A DNA stretch of 24,000 nucleotides from Coleofasciculus sp. G1-WW12-02 (GCA_040219735.1 JAVJRX010000129.1); one strand, 5' to 3'; counted from the first letter of the stretch, positions 1-10,214 are shown. Notes: generated by a model from the sequence alone, not told the origin. Numbers and translations are program-made.

Positions 1-184
1 GACGTTCATGAATGGCTAAAGGGGACATTATCGAGAGAATACCTTGGTAGTAGGCGATGCGGGTGTTACGTTGTTCGCCTAACTCCGCCAGAATTTGTTC
101 AAAGTCTTGCCAAGATATATCAGAAATCTGAATGGTGCTACCTGGAGTTAGTTTAATGGCGCGAATGGGAATAGTGACACTCAA
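1..184 (-). CDS. Uma2-family (DUF820-like) endonuclease, N-terminal fragment running off the left window edge
   Basis: Manual minus-strand translation from a possible TTG start at 184: LSVTIPIRAIKLTPGSTIQISDISWQDFEQILAELGEQRNTRIAYYQGILSIMSPLAIHER. This resembles the N-terminus of cyanobacterial Uma2 proteins (W..FE..L.ELGE.R..RIAYY.G.L.IMSPL..HE). No in-frame ATG was found before the upstream TAA, so the start is uncertain. Confidence 0.6.
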   Translation of the reverse strand, partial: MSVTIPIRAIKLTPGSTIQISDISWQDFEQILAELGEQRNTRIAYYQGILSIMSPLAIHER

Positions 185-265
185 GCTATTTTGCTCCAAT
201 CCATGCAATTGATGATACCAAATCCACTGAAGCCACGGCGATTAAAATCGCTGCTACACAAACAA

Positions 266-283
266 AGTCCGCCTGCGCGGACT
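266..283. repeat. Short perfect hairpin AGTCCGC-CTGC-GCGGACT
   Basis: 7-bp perfect inverted arms with a 4-nt loop between the Uma2-like fragment and the leuA 3' end. Confidence 0.7.
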
Positions 284-340
284 GGATTATAAATTAGATC
301 CCCGACGTCTTTAAGAAGTCAGGGATCTGGTAAGGATGGA

Positions 341-1978
341 TTAAACTGAGGCTACCGCTTTATCGGTCTCGCGATCGCTCTCGTCCTGATGTTGTCCCTG
401 TAACCAACCATAGAGTCGGTTCAGGGCATTCACATAAGCTTGGGCTGATGCCACAATAATATCGGTATTGGCAGCATGACCGGAAAAAACTCGACTGTTA
501 TAACGCAGGCGAATGGTAACTTCCCCTAGGGCGTCAATCCCGGCTGTTACTGACTGCACCGAATACTCAATCAGTTCATTGGGGACATTCACCACGCGGT
601 TAATCGCTTTATACACCGCATCCACTGGACCGGTACCAATCGCCGCATCCATCAGTTCCTCACCTTCGGGAGTGCGTAAGGTTACCGTAGCAGTCGGACT
701 GGCATGATCCCCACAGGATACCTGGACTAATTCTAGATGGAATAGTTCGGGAACTTGGCGGATTTCGTCGTTAACCAGCGCCTCTAAATCCCAATCGGAT
801 ACGTCTTTTTTCTTATCCGCCACTTCTTTAAAGCGGACAAAGGCTTTATTCAACTCTGTCTCAGACAGATCAAACCCTAATTCCTTGAGACGAGTGCGGA
901 AGGCGTTGCGCCCTGAATGCTTACCCAAGACAATCTGATTATCGGTTAAACCGATTAACTTGGCATCCATTATTTCGTAAGTCAGCTTATTTTTTAGGAC
1001 GCCATCTTGGTGAATACCCGATTCGTGAGCAAAAGCATTTGCGCCAACAATTGCCTTATTTGGTTGCACTAACATTCCCGTCAAATTAGATACTAACCGC
1101 GAGGTTTTGTAAATCTGGCGCGTGTCAATATTTGTTAAGGACTCCTCTGACTCAGGAGGACGTCCCAAATAGGGGTTGTAAAATTGCCGCCGGACGTGTA
1201 ATGCCATGACGAGTTCTTCTAGGGCCGCATTTCCTGCCCGTTCGCCAATACCATTAATCGTGCATTCTAACTGTCGCGCCCCATTTTTCACGGCTTCGAG
1301 GAAGTTGGCAACGGCTAATCCTAGGTCATTGTGACCGTGAACGGAGATAATGGCTTGGTCAATATTAGGGACGTTTTCTGTAATCCCGCGAATCAATGCG
1401 CCAAACTCACTCGGGGTGGTGTAGCCTACGGTATCGGGAATATTCACCGTTGTCGCCCCCGCCGCGATCGCACGTTCTAACACCTCGTACAAAAACTCTG
1501 GATCAGAACGCCCTGCATCTTCGGGGGAAAACTCCACATCCTCGACAAAGGATTTGGCATACGCCACCATTTCTTCTGCGATCGCGACAACCTCCGGTCT
1601 GGTCTTTTTCAGTTTATAGTTGAGATGAATATCGGATGTGGCAATAAATGTATGAATTCGGGCATTGGCGGCGGGTTTGAGGGCTTTCGCCGCCGCTTCG
1701 ATATCCTGACGGGTGGCTCTGGCTAACCCACAAATTGTCGGTCCCGACTCGATACCTACAGTTTTGGCTATCTTTTGCACGGCGTCGAAGTCACCCGCAC
1801 TGGCATAAGGGAACCCCGCTTCAATCACATCAACACCGAGTCGTGCTAGTTGCCGTGCGATCGTCAGTTTCTCCTCTACGTTTAAGGTGGCTCCGGGACA
1901 CTGTTCGCCATCACGAAGCGTAGTATCAAAAATAATAATTCGATTGGGTTGCTTGTTCATTCGATTCTCTCCGGTCAT
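341..1978 (-). CDS. leuA: 2-isopropylmalate synthase
   Basis: 545-aa ORF with [47 protein letters not shown] and [13 protein letters not shown] motifs plus the C-terminal regulatory domain. The start may be the internal MNKQPN. Confidence 0.97.
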   Translation of the reverse strand: MTGENRMNKQPNRIIIFDTTLRDGEQCPGATLNVEEKLTIARQLARLGVDVIEAGFPYASAGDFDAVQKIAKTVGIESGPTICGLARATRQDIEAAAKALKPAANARIHTFIATSDIHLNYKLKKTRPEVVAIAEEMVAYAKSFVEDVEFSPEDAGRSDPEFLYEVLERAIAAGATTVNIPDTVGYTTPSEFGALIRGITENVPNIDQAIISVHGHNDLGLAVANFLEAVKNGARQLECTINGIGERAGNAALEELVMALHVRRQFYNPYLGRPPESEESLTNIDTRQIYKTSRLVSNLTGMLVQPNKAIVGANAFAHESGIHQDGVLKNKLTYEIMDAKLIGLTDNQIVLGKHSGRNAFRTRLKELGFDLSETELNKAFVRFKEVADKKKDVSDWDLEALVNDEIRQVPELFHLELVQVSCGDHASPTATVTLRTPEGEELMDAAIGTGPVDAVYKAINRVVNVPNELIEYSVQSVTAGIDALGEVTIRLRYNSRVFSGHAANTDIIVASAQAYVNALNRLYGWLQGQHQDESDRETDKAVASV

Positions 1979-2035
1979 AAAGTTGTCAATTTTTAATGGG
2001 TCAAAGGATAAGGGTTAGTTTGTATCTGTCTTTAA

Positions 2036-2542
2036 TTAAGAATCTACTTTCTCGATCTGATCACGAATTTCATTTAAATCAATATACCGATCCGTAGCAT
2101 TTCTTAATTCTCTGGCAATCATCCCTTCAGTCGATACGACTGTAATATGAGTATTCTTTGATCGCAGCAATTCGATCGCCCGTTCAAAATCACCATCTCC
2201 ACTAAAGAGAATAACTCGATCATACTGTTCTACCGTATTAAACATATCAACAACAATTTCTATATCAAGATTGGCTTTTTGGGAATAACGACCTGAACTA
2301 TCATCATAATACTCTTTTAAAATTTTAGTTCTGACTGTGTAACCCAGACTAATCAGGGCATCTCTAAACCCTCGCTGATCTTGAGGATCTTTTAATCCGG
2401 TGTACCAAAATGCATTAACCAGAACAATATGAGGTTCTTTTTTAAAATGTTCTAAGACCCGCTTCGGATCAAAGAACCAGCCATTTTTTTGTTGAGCATA
2501 GAACATATTGTTCCCATCAACAAAAATAGAAATACGGTTCAT
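2036..2542 (-). CDS. NYN domain / LabA-like (DUF88) protein
   Basis: ORF 2036..2554. The second Met (MNRISIFVDGNNMFYAQQ) is the likely start. It has the NYN pattern SIFVDGNNMFYA, KANLDIEIVVDMFNT, DRVILFSGDGDFE. Confidence 0.88.
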   Translation of the reverse strand: MNRISIFVDGNNMFYAQQKNGWFFDPKRVLEHFKKEPHIVLVNAFWYTGLKDPQDQRGFRDALISLGYTVRTKILKEYYDDSSGRYSQKANLDIEIVVDMFNTVEQYDRVILFSGDGDFERAIELLRSKNTHITVVSTEGMIARELRNATDRYIDLNEIRDQIEKVDS

Positions 2543-2801
2543 AGAGCAAGGCATATAAACTCAGACCTAATATTTTTGGGAAATTTAAGTGAACTTCTTA
2601 TTTTAGCAATTTTAATCTAAATATTGACTGATAGTTAGTCTGTCGGCGTAATTCCTAAGCTTTTTAGCGCTATCTAAATTTTCTTACTCTCTCACCTCCA
2701 AGTTCAATCTCTTAGTAAAGAAACTCATGTCGCTAGATCTCTGTTTGCTTTCTTAAACCTTAGCGACTCTATAGGACGTAGACAGGGAGCTATCTTCAAG
2801 C

Positions 2802-2821
2802 TATCCTCAGGCTTGAGGATA
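2802..2821. repeat. Hairpin TATCCTCA-GGCT-TGAGGATA
   Basis: 8-bp perfect arms with a 4-nt loop in the non-coding block between the NYN and sulfurtransferase genes. Confidence 0.65.
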
Positions 2822-2860
2822 ACACCAGCCCATTCGCTGTAGATGTACTTTATCGAATTC

Positions 2861-2912
2861 GGCGATTCATCCCCAACTATACCCGATCAGAGTTAGTTGG
2901 GGATGAACCGCC
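2861..2912 (-). repeat. 19-bp inverted repeat / large hairpin with 14-nt loop
   Basis: GGCGATTCATCCCCAACTA (2861-2879) pairs with TAGTTGGGGATGAACCGCC (2894-2912). The one mismatch becomes a G-U wobble if transcribed from the minus strand. Confidence 0.8.
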
Positions 2913-3169
2913 AGTAACAGCAAACTTGCTTGAATTTAACTTAACAAGTGTGATACCATTACGTGATTTTCCATAAACATACTGATATAAGCACAATTCT
3001 ACCGTGGGGTACAAGGAAAGTCACGCCTAGACGAGAGATGGAACTCTATCTTGGTGGTTGTAAAGACTTAGCCTGCTACGTCTGGAAGTGAGGAGCATAC
3101 CAAGTTGCCTTCTAACATGTCATTGGAAAGCGTTGACCCAACCTACCCCGTTGGCTGTTCAAGGAAGCT

Positions 3170-4006
3170 TCACCCAGAGGTTTCTCTTAAGTAGGAACAC
3201 CAGTCGCTCCAACTTCCAGCATAAAGCTTACCCCTTGCCATTCCGGCTAATTCCAAGGATAAGAGATTCACGCAGGCGGTGACTCCAGACCCACAATAGA
3301 CAATGATCTCCGGTTTATCTTGGACATCATTCCATCGTTGTTTTTGCTGATCGGGGGAGTGTAGATAGCCTTGAGCATTAGTTACCTCTTGCCAAGGGTA
3401 ATTAATTGCACCAGGGATATGACCTGCAATTGGGTCAATGGGTTCATGCTCTCCTAAATAGCGATCGCGTGCCCGTGAATCGACTAAAGCGACGTCTGGT
3501 AAATCTTTCCTGGCTTTGACCGCATTGATATCAACCACCCACTCGGATCGCACTTGCGGCACAAACTGCCCAGGTTGAGGGGTTGGTAGAGCATCAGTTA
3601 CCGGATAACCTTGGGATTGCCATGCTCCCCAGCCACCATCCAATACCGCGACGCGATCGTGTCCCAGGTAACGCAGTAACCACCACAGACGCGCCGCAAA
3701 AGCACAACGGGAATCATCATAAGCCACGACTAAGGTTTCACCGAATCTGACTCCTATCGCGGCGAGTTTTTGGGCAATCTGGTTGGACTCAGGTAAGGGA
3801 TGACGCCCTCCATGACGTTCTACGGGAGCAGAAAGATCTTGGTTCAAATCCAAGTAATGCGCTCCCGGAATGTGACTCGTCTGATACTGTTGATATCCCT
3901 GTTGCGGATCGGCAAGGGCAAAACGACAATCGATGATCACCACTTGCGGATCATTAAGGTGTTCTTTTAGGAATTGGCTGGAAATAATCAAAGGATGATC
4001 ACTCAT
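3170..4006 (-). CDS. Sulfurtransferase, tandem rhodanese domains (thiosulfate/3-mercaptopyruvate sulfurtransferase-like)
   Basis: 278-aa ORF with IIDCRF, GHIPGAINYPW, active-site loop CGSGVTACVNLL and GSWSDWC. Confidence 0.92.
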   Translation of the reverse strand: MSDHPLIISSQFLKEHLNDPQVVIIDCRFALADPQQGYQQYQTSHIPGAHYLDLNQDLSAPVERHGGRHPLPESNQIAQKLAAIGVRFGETLVVAYDDSRCAFAARLWWLLRYLGHDRVAVLDGGWGAWQSQGYPVTDALPTPQPGQFVPQVRSEWVVDINAVKARKDLPDVALVDSRARDRYLGEHEPIDPIAGHIPGAINYPWQEVTNAQGYLHSPDQQKQRWNDVQDKPEIIVYCGSGVTACVNLLSLELAGMARGKLYAGSWSDWCSYLRETSG

Positions 4007-4019
4007 TCGATGACATCAG

Positions 4020-6152
4020 TTAAAATGGGTTAATCGTTATCGAAAAATATACGCCATTTTCTTGCCAGGTATTATCCTCGGACTCAACAGAAATTAAGGG
4101 AATCCCCCAGTCTAAGCGAGCGGTGATGCGATCGCCTTGTTGCCATTGTAGTCCCAACCCCAGAGCCGCCAAACTGCTCGGGTTAGGAGCGTCTATCTCG
4201 CCGTTATTCCAGGTTGTGCCAACATCCACAAAGGGAGTCACCTGTAAAACACCATCCCACTCAGGAATGCGTAAAATGGGCAGCCGCACCTCGGCTGAAG
4301 CAAAGGCGCCATTATCAGTGAGTCGAATATCTTGGCGATAGCCGCGTACACTCCCTTGACCCCCTAAACCATACTGCTCCACAGGTAACAAGTCTTGAGC
4401 GGCTAGTTGAATGTCACCGCGAAGCACCAGTAATGTATCTGGGGCTAAAAGTCTTACCCACTGGGTTTGACCCCGCCAGGAAAAGAAGTGACTATCAGGC
4501 GCATCATCGTTGACTGTGGCATTAAAGACACCCAGACCTACATTAAACTGAGAGCGTAGGGCAAAGACTTCCCTCGCCCCTCGTTTAGTCCACTCTTGAA
4601 AGAATCGCAGGGCTGAAACTCGGATGCGCCCATCCTCATCAGCACCCAATGAAGGAAAACCAACTTCTTCTCCTATTAAGTCTTCTAAGAAAACGGTTTT
4701 TGTATTGCGTCGAGAGGCGGTTAAACCCACTGCGAATTCCTGGGTTGGTGTTTCCAGGAGGGGTTGACGAAATGTGAGGTCAAAACTGGTTGAGTCGGAT
4801 TGGATATCAAGAAAGTTAAATGGATCTTCAATAATCTCGCTGGAGGTGTTGCTAAAGCTAAAGCTAACCGTGCCATTACGCGGATTCACGGGTAGGGCGT
4901 AGTTAAATTCAATCTCATCGCTACCATCGGTATTGGTATAGCTGAGGGTTACGCCATCGCCGAATCCGAGTAAGTTGGCTTGAGTTATGGAAGCCCCGCG
5001 CCGGAAGCTACCCACACTGGGGGAACGCCCATTGTTGGCAACGAGTTGGTAACTCCAGGTGTTGGCTTCGATAATATCGACGATGAGTAAACTGGTACCG
5101 GGTCCAGAACCGGTCGAGAGTTCAGCCGAGATATTTTCGATGAGGGGATCGAGCTGCAAAAGACGTAGGGATTCGAGTAAATGCGGTACATTGAGGGGTT
5201 TGGGATTAGCGACAGCAATACGCGATCGCACGTAGTTGGGACGCAGGCGGCGAAGTCCATTCACCTGAATCTCTTCGATTCCGCCTTCGACAATTTCAAT
5301 AGTGACGGTATCCTGGTTTAGGGATTGAGGTGGAATGAAGGCACCGGATGTAGCATAGCCGTTGTTTACGTATAACTGGGTGATGGCAGTTCTGGCATTT
5401 AAGAGTTCAGCAAAGGTAATCGGGCGATTAGTAAACTCAGCTATCTCTTCGGCTAACTGTTCATCACTAAATGCTGTATTGCCGATAAATTCAAAATTTT
5501 TCACCGTAATTTGGTCTTGAGTGACACCCTCTGGCGTCTCCGGCGTTGTCGGTGTTAATTGAGGGGATTCTAGAAGCTGTTCTGGGGGGGGTAATGTAGG
5601 AGACGGTGTGGCTTCTGGCAGCCTAGAGGGAGGCGGTGGCTCAATGTCTTGAGGCGGAGGCAGTTCAGGAATTGAGGGACTCTCTCGAGGAGTCGTGCGA
5701 TCAGGAATTTGAGTGACGTAGAGGGGCAAGTGTTGAGTGTTGAGTGTTGAGATATGCCATGGCGCGTCTTTCGGGGCGGGTTTCATGAGTCTCGTTTCTT
5801 CCTTTACCCCGATGTGACTAAACCCGCCCCGACTGAGTTTTGAATGGGTGATCTCATGTCCGTCTAAACGGTTACCATTGTCTTCTACCTTCCCTTGTAC
5901 CCTGTGCCCTGTGCCCTCTGCCTTCGTGGAGCCTTCTGTCTTTTCTTCCTCAATTGTTCTCGATAAATAGTTTAGGTGTTCAGGGTGAGGTAAGACTGGA
6001 GACAAGGACGTCTTGATTGAGGCTTTAGCGTTTGTGGAGATAGGCAGATTTTGAGCGTTTACCGAGGGAGTTAGCCATAACACCGCTGACAATGTTGCTA
6101 TAGAGGTGAATAGAATTTGCCCGTTGGACTCTACACCAATCATATTGTTCAT
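4020..6152 (-). CDS. ShlB/FhaC/HecB-family outer-membrane transporter (TpsB, POTRA plus beta-barrel)
   Basis: 710-aa ORF with a signal-peptide-like N-terminus (SIATLSAVLWLTPSVNAQ), a Pro-rich linker, POTRA-like ITVKNFEFIGNTAFSDEQL...IEIVEGGIEEIQVNG, and a barrel containing GLGGQGSVRGYRQ and a C-terminal SVESEDNTWQENGVYFSITINPF. Confidence 0.9.
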   Translation of the reverse strand: MNNMIGVESNGQILFTSIATLSAVLWLTPSVNAQNLPISTNAKASIKTSLSPVLPHPEHLNYLSRTIEEEKTEGSTKAEGTGHRVQGKVEDNGNRLDGHEITHSKLSRGGFSHIGVKEETRLMKPAPKDAPWHISTLNTQHLPLYVTQIPDRTTPRESPSIPELPPPQDIEPPPPSRLPEATPSPTLPPPEQLLESPQLTPTTPETPEGVTQDQITVKNFEFIGNTAFSDEQLAEEIAEFTNRPITFAELLNARTAITQLYVNNGYATSGAFIPPQSLNQDTVTIEIVEGGIEEIQVNGLRRLRPNYVRSRIAVANPKPLNVPHLLESLRLLQLDPLIENISAELSTGSGPGTSLLIVDIIEANTWSYQLVANNGRSPSVGSFRRGASITQANLLGFGDGVTLSYTNTDGSDEIEFNYALPVNPRNGTVSFSFSNTSSEIIEDPFNFLDIQSDSTSFDLTFRQPLLETPTQEFAVGLTASRRNTKTVFLEDLIGEEVGFPSLGADEDGRIRVSALRFFQEWTKRGAREVFALRSQFNVGLGVFNATVNDDAPDSHFFSWRGQTQWVRLLAPDTLLVLRGDIQLAAQDLLPVEQYGLGGQGSVRGYRQDIRLTDNGAFASAEVRLPILRIPEWDGVLQVTPFVDVGTTWNNGEIDAPNPSSLAALGLGLQWQQGDRITARLDWGIPLISVESEDNTWQENGVYFSITINPF
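5771..5832. repeat. Interspersed palindromic repeat, copy A (inside the TpsB ORF)
   Basis: 13-bp arms TCGGGGCGGGTTT / AAACCCGCCCCGA. The right half CCCGATGTGACTAAACCCGCCCC matches copies B and C. Confidence 0.8.
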
Positions 6153-6409
6153 TTATCAAAAATAAAGAGGCTGATTATCGAGGAAGTTGGTAAAGCAATC
6201 ATTGAAAGATAATCATCGGTTTGACAAAATCCTAGTATGGCATGGCAAGAATTATAAACCTATTCTCATTCATCCTGTGATTCCTGCGGTAAACCCCTGG
6301 AATAGTGGGATTTGGGCGTAGCAGGACTGTTTCTTTTTAGCGATGTTACTCTTACTAAGCTGTTCGGCATTTAAACCTTAATGTCAACAACTGCTCTCAT
6401 CGTTGTAAT

Positions 6410-6426
6410 GCGAGCATCTTGCTCGC
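6410..6426. repeat. Dispersed hairpin GCGAGCA-TCT-TGCTCGC
   Basis: 7-bp arms. An inverted copy of the same unit, including flanking GTA bases, lies at 16550..16566. Confidence 0.75.
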
Positions 6427-6796
6427 TACCCATTCCCAATTTAAATGCGGGATAGCTTACTGGCTAATGAACTACCCCACCTTGTAGAAAGAAAAAGCTA
6501 ACAAGAATTAGTCAACAATACTTGAAAATAAAAGTAGAGGGTGTTAATCCCCTGACTTCCTAACCCTTCCCACCCTGTAGACGGGTGAGAATTGGAGCGA
6601 GTTCAGTTAAACCCCTGATCTGATGAAGCTTTTAATTAGACCTGTTCAAATGTCGGCAAATCTTTGAAGTTTCCTTTGATTTTCTTTTCTGATTTCGGAA
6701 TAACTTCAGTGAGATATTTGACTAAGATTCTTGAATCAAATATAAATAATAGTTTCATTTTATAATAGCGTATTTGGGTTAGAGTGTCAAAACGTT

Positions 6797-7711
6797 TTAA
6801 ACTGAACAAACTGGTACAATCATACCCTCACGAGCTAATACATCATTGGGAAAGACAGATTTTAGTTGGGATTCCATCCAGTCAAGAAAGTCATCATCAT
6901 GGTCAGGATGGTAGTGAGACATAACAACCCGCTTAACTCCTGCTGCCTTAGCTGTTGCCATACCGGTTTGCCAGAGTTGGTCTTGCCAGTCTAGCGGCGA
7001 AGGCTTGAGAAAATCATCTGCACGAATATTACACGGGGCATCCAAAATGAGCAAGTCAGCATGGCGGGCTAAGTGTAACAAATTGTGATCCAATCGATCC
7101 GGCGATTGGGAATGAGCGATCGCGTAGACGGCAGAATGACCTTTCCAGGTGACACGGTAGCCCATTGAACTGGATGCCGGGTTAAGTAAAACCGCTTCAA
7201 CGACTAGATCATCCACGGTAATTTTATGACTCGAACCCAATTCGTAAAATTTTAGCTCCGATTGCATGACCTGAAGTGGAACGGGAAAATTAGGCGCTAA
7301 CATTTGCCCACCTAGGCGCTTTTCGATTGAGTCTCCATTAGTCGCCTTTGCGCCATAGATGTGGAAACAATTGCCGGGAATAAAGGCAGGTGTAAAAAAG
7401 GGAAATCCCTGAATACTGTCCCAGTGGCAATGAGTGAAGAAGATGTAGGCTTCTAGGGGCATTTGGCGGAGTAAATGGTTGCCGAGAAGCCGCAAACCAC
7501 TCCCCCCATCAAAAATCAGGCGTTTAGAGCCGACACGCATTTCTATACAGGAGGTATTGCCACCATAGCGTACCGTTTCTTTCCCTGGAGCCGAAACTTT
7601 ACCTCGAACGCCCCAAAATTGGACAACAAAATTGACGGTAGGGCCAGTTACCATGTTGGCTATAGCATTAAATGTGCGGGGGCTGGGTGACGCTGGATCA
7701 GAATCTGCCAT
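6797..7711 (-). CDS. MBL-fold metallo-hydrolase
   Basis: ORF with VQFWGVRGKVSAPGKETVRYGGNTSCIEM, FTHCHWDSIQGFPFF and VVMSHYHPDHDDDFL. The true start may be internal. Confidence 0.85.
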   Translation of the reverse strand: MADSDPASPSPRTFNAIANMVTGPTVNFVVQFWGVRGKVSAPGKETVRYGGNTSCIEMRVGSKRLIFDGGSGLRLLGNHLLRQMPLEAYIFFTHCHWDSIQGFPFFTPAFIPGNCFHIYGAKATNGDSIEKRLGGQMLAPNFPVPLQVMQSELKFYELGSSHKITVDDLVVEAVLLNPASSSMGYRVTWKGHSAVYAIAHSQSPDRLDHNLLHLARHADLLILDAPCNIRADDFLKPSPLDWQDQLWQTGMATAKAAGVKRVVMSHYHPDHDDDFLDWMESQLKSVFPNDVLAREGMIVPVCSV

Positions 7712-8158
7712 CGTTCGATTAAATGAGCTGCCCTTAGCCGAGCTTCACACCCAGCAATTTCCACTATATGATACTCAGATAGGGACACTTTGGGTGAGGT
7801 AGTCGCTAAGGCTTTTGCGTCCACGGAGGCAATAACGGTATTTTTAGAGAAAATAACCTAGGGAAAACTTGTACAAAAGCTATGAATTTCCGCCTTTCCC
7901 CTAGGTTGAATTTTCTAGCACCCTTATTTTGATCAGGAAGTTTCTCTCAAGTCTGTTAATTTTAGCGTGCTTGGTGGAGTTGCCTTGTGAGTTCTGTCAC
8001 AAAAAGCAGCGGTAAGCTGAGGGACTTGCGGCGATGGGATAGGAGGGATAGAACTTGGTTCATAATTCCTCCTTGATTGTTTAGGGTTTTGAACCATGAA
8101 CCCTTAATGGTGAATCCCACCGCTTTCCAGGGTGGGAGTACCTCAACTATCGGCTTGA

Positions 8159-8680
8159 CTATCTACCAGACTTGTTACCGGCGGCGATACACTTCTCCAC
8201 CAGTGGCATAACGTCCTTGATATCCTTCCAGCCTAGAATTTCCGTGACTTTTTTTTCTAGATTTTTGTAAGTCTTGAAAAATTCAGCAATTTCATCCAAC
8301 CGATGCTCAGCAACATCTTTGAGCGATTTCACTTTAGCATAGCGTGGATCTTTGTCAGGAACACAGAGGATTTTTTCGTCGCGATCGCCAGAGTCAATCA
8401 TCTCTAGCATACCAATGGGTCGGGCGGTAATGACACAACCGGGAAAGGTTGGCTGATCCATGATCACCATACCATCGAGTGGATCGCCGTCATCGGCTAA
8501 GGTGTTCGGGATAAAGCCGTAATCATAAGGGTATTGCACCGAGGAATATAAAACCCGATCAAGGGCGAAGGCTTGTAGATCTTTGTCGTACTCGTACTTG
8601 TTTTTACTCCCGGCGGGAATTTCAATTAAAACGTTGATCAGTCCCGGTTTGGGTTGACTTGGAATCCGTGATAAATCCAT
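8159..8680 (-). CDS. ppa: Inorganic pyrophosphatase (class I)
   Basis: 173-aa ORF with [38 protein letters not shown] and DKDPRY motifs. Confidence 0.97.
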   Translation of the reverse strand: MDLSRIPSQPKPGLINVLIEIPAGSKNKYEYDKDLQAFALDRVLYSSVQYPYDYGFIPNTLADDGDPLDGMVIMDQPTFPGCVITARPIGMLEMIDSGDRDEKILCVPDKDPRYAKVKSLKDVAEHRLDEIAEFFKTYKNLEKKVTEILGWKDIKDVMPLVEKCIAAGNKSGR

Positions 8681-8938
8681 GACAAAATTGTGTAAGCGAC
8701 ACAGCAGATGGGGGAAACCTAGCTATCCAAGGCTAAGTTACAAGGTTCAATCGTCCCGTATCGACGGTTGAAAAACCCCCGTGTAGCATTCTAAGCGAAG
8801 AGGGTCAATCTCCGCCTTAGCTTAAGGATTTTTATCTCCCAGACAAGTAGGAAAAGGCAACAGTAACAGTATTGCAACAGACAGAGTTATATTAAGTCCG
8901 GTAGCATCAGATTTATAGTATCCGAACCAATAAGAGTC

Positions 8939-9229
8939 ATGTCTGAACAGTTTACCCAACAAGTGAGCGATCGCATCTGTAAGCACATGAATGATGATCA
9001 TGCTGAGGCGATCGCGCTTTATGCCCGCACCTTCGGGAATTCTCCCGATACGGAGGCGGCTCAAATGCAATCCATTGATGCGACAGGGATGAATTTAATC
9101 GCCCAACGTCAGGGTGAGTCGGTTCCCTTACGCATTGAATTTGATCACACCCTCAAAGACTCTGAAGACGCTCACCACACGTTAATTGACATGGTGAAGC
9201 AAGCCAGAGGTGCGGCTAAATCAACCTAG
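8939..9229 (+). CDS. DUF2470-domain protein
   Basis: 96-aa ORF; ICKHMNDDHAEAIALYA...MQSIDATGMNLIAQ is typical of DUF2470/heme-utilisation-like small proteins. The 3' end overlaps the convergent gene by 14 bp. Confidence 0.8.
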   Translation: MSEQFTQQVSDRICKHMNDDHAEAIALYARTFGNSPDTEAAQMQSIDATGMNLIAQRQGESVPLRIEFDHTLKDSEDAHHTLIDMVKQARGAAKST

Positions 9230-9971
9230 CGACGTGATAAATTAACGGAGCGGCTATTAACGCGGGTAAAAAGGACGCAACACGGATGTGGGTCAACTGT
9301 AACAGGTTGATTCCCGTCCCCAAAATCATTAATCCCCCCACCCCTGTAATCAGGAGAATTCGGGGATCAGTAGTGGGATCGGGGATTGCTTGCGCCAAGA
9401 CTCCCGCCACTAGAGAAATTCCGCCCTGATAGACTAGAATCACAACAATCGAAAAACCGACGCCAATTCCAAAACTACTCGAAAGTGCGATCGCGGCGAT
9501 TCCATCCATCACAGCTTTTAGCGTCAGTAAGGTATCGTCACCCGTCAAGCCATTATTCAGACTCCCCAGCAACGTCATTGGACCGACACAAAACAATAAG
9601 CTAGCCGCCACAAATCCTTCCGTGAAAGCACCACTTCCCCGAAACCGAGTTTTTAGCCAATTTCCCACCGAGTGCAGTCTAGCTTCAATTTGCCACCATT
9701 CTCCCAGTAATCCTCCCAAGACAATACTAATCAGCGCCAATACCACACCATCAATGCGCCCTGCTTGCACCTGAGTCATACTCGCCGCCATGGTAACACC
9801 CAGAAATAGGGTAAGAAGCCCTACCCCTTGGGTGATAATTTGTTGCATGGGTTTAGGTAAACGGTGTTTAAGTAACAACCCTACAGTTGTGCCAATAGCT
9901 ACCGTTATCACATTTATCCAAGTTCCGCTTGTCTTGGCAAAGAAATCAGTTAGCAAAACATTAACTGTCAA
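9216..9971 (-). CDS. DUF554 family membrane protein
   Basis: 251-aa hydrophobic ORF with GTTVGLLLKHRLP, GVGLLTLFLGVTMA, GLLGEWWQIE and LLFCVGPMTLLGSLNNGLTGD. Confidence 0.85.
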   Translation of the reverse strand: MTVNVLLTDFFAKTSGTWINVITVAIGTTVGLLLKHRLPKPMQQIITQGVGLLTLFLGVTMAASMTQVQAGRIDGVVLALISIVLGGLLGEWWQIEARLHSVGNWLKTRFRGSGAFTEGFVAASLLFCVGPMTLLGSLNNGLTGDDTLLTLKAVMDGIAAIALSSSFGIGVGFSIVVILVYQGGISLVAGVLAQAIPDPTTDPRILLITGVGGLMILGTGINLLQLTHIRVASFLPALIAAPLIYHVARLI

Positions 9972-10020
9972 CGTTAATAGTGGCGTAGCATACTTAATTT
10001 AATACATTAACCATTAGCAA

Positions 10021-10051
10021 GTAGGTTGGGTTGAGGGACGAAACCCAACAC
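10021..10051. repeat. GTAGGTTGGGTT...AACCCAACA interspersed palindrome
   Basis: GGTTGGGTT / AAACCCAACA arms. Related copies lie at 11092..11120 and 16323..16355, with a half copy on the minus strand at 3131..3146. Confidence 0.75.
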
Positions 10052-10214
10052 CAACGGGTTAGCTGAAACATTTTGTGTTTTCACACTCCATGCTCCCCCA
10101 TAATAACTTGAACGCTAACAACAAACGCACAAGTTAGTAAATTTAAGGCTAAAGCCCTTACTACAAACCTCATCTAATATAGTATTTAATCCATCTTGGC
10201 TCAAGGAGTGTTCT

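Noticed and set aside
513-1923. Plus-strand ORFs opposite leuA (513..707, 1396..1623, 1735..1923)
   Set aside because: They are fully contained antisense to a highly conserved leuA, with no protein-like motif.
3088-3282. 65-aa plus-strand ORF and an initial impression of transposon 3'-end/omegaRNA-like sequence
   Set aside because: Bases from 3170 on are the C-terminal codons (GSWSDWCSYLRETSG) of the minus-strand sulfurtransferase, so the apparent similarity is opposite-strand coding sequence. The remaining upstream part has no identifiable motif.
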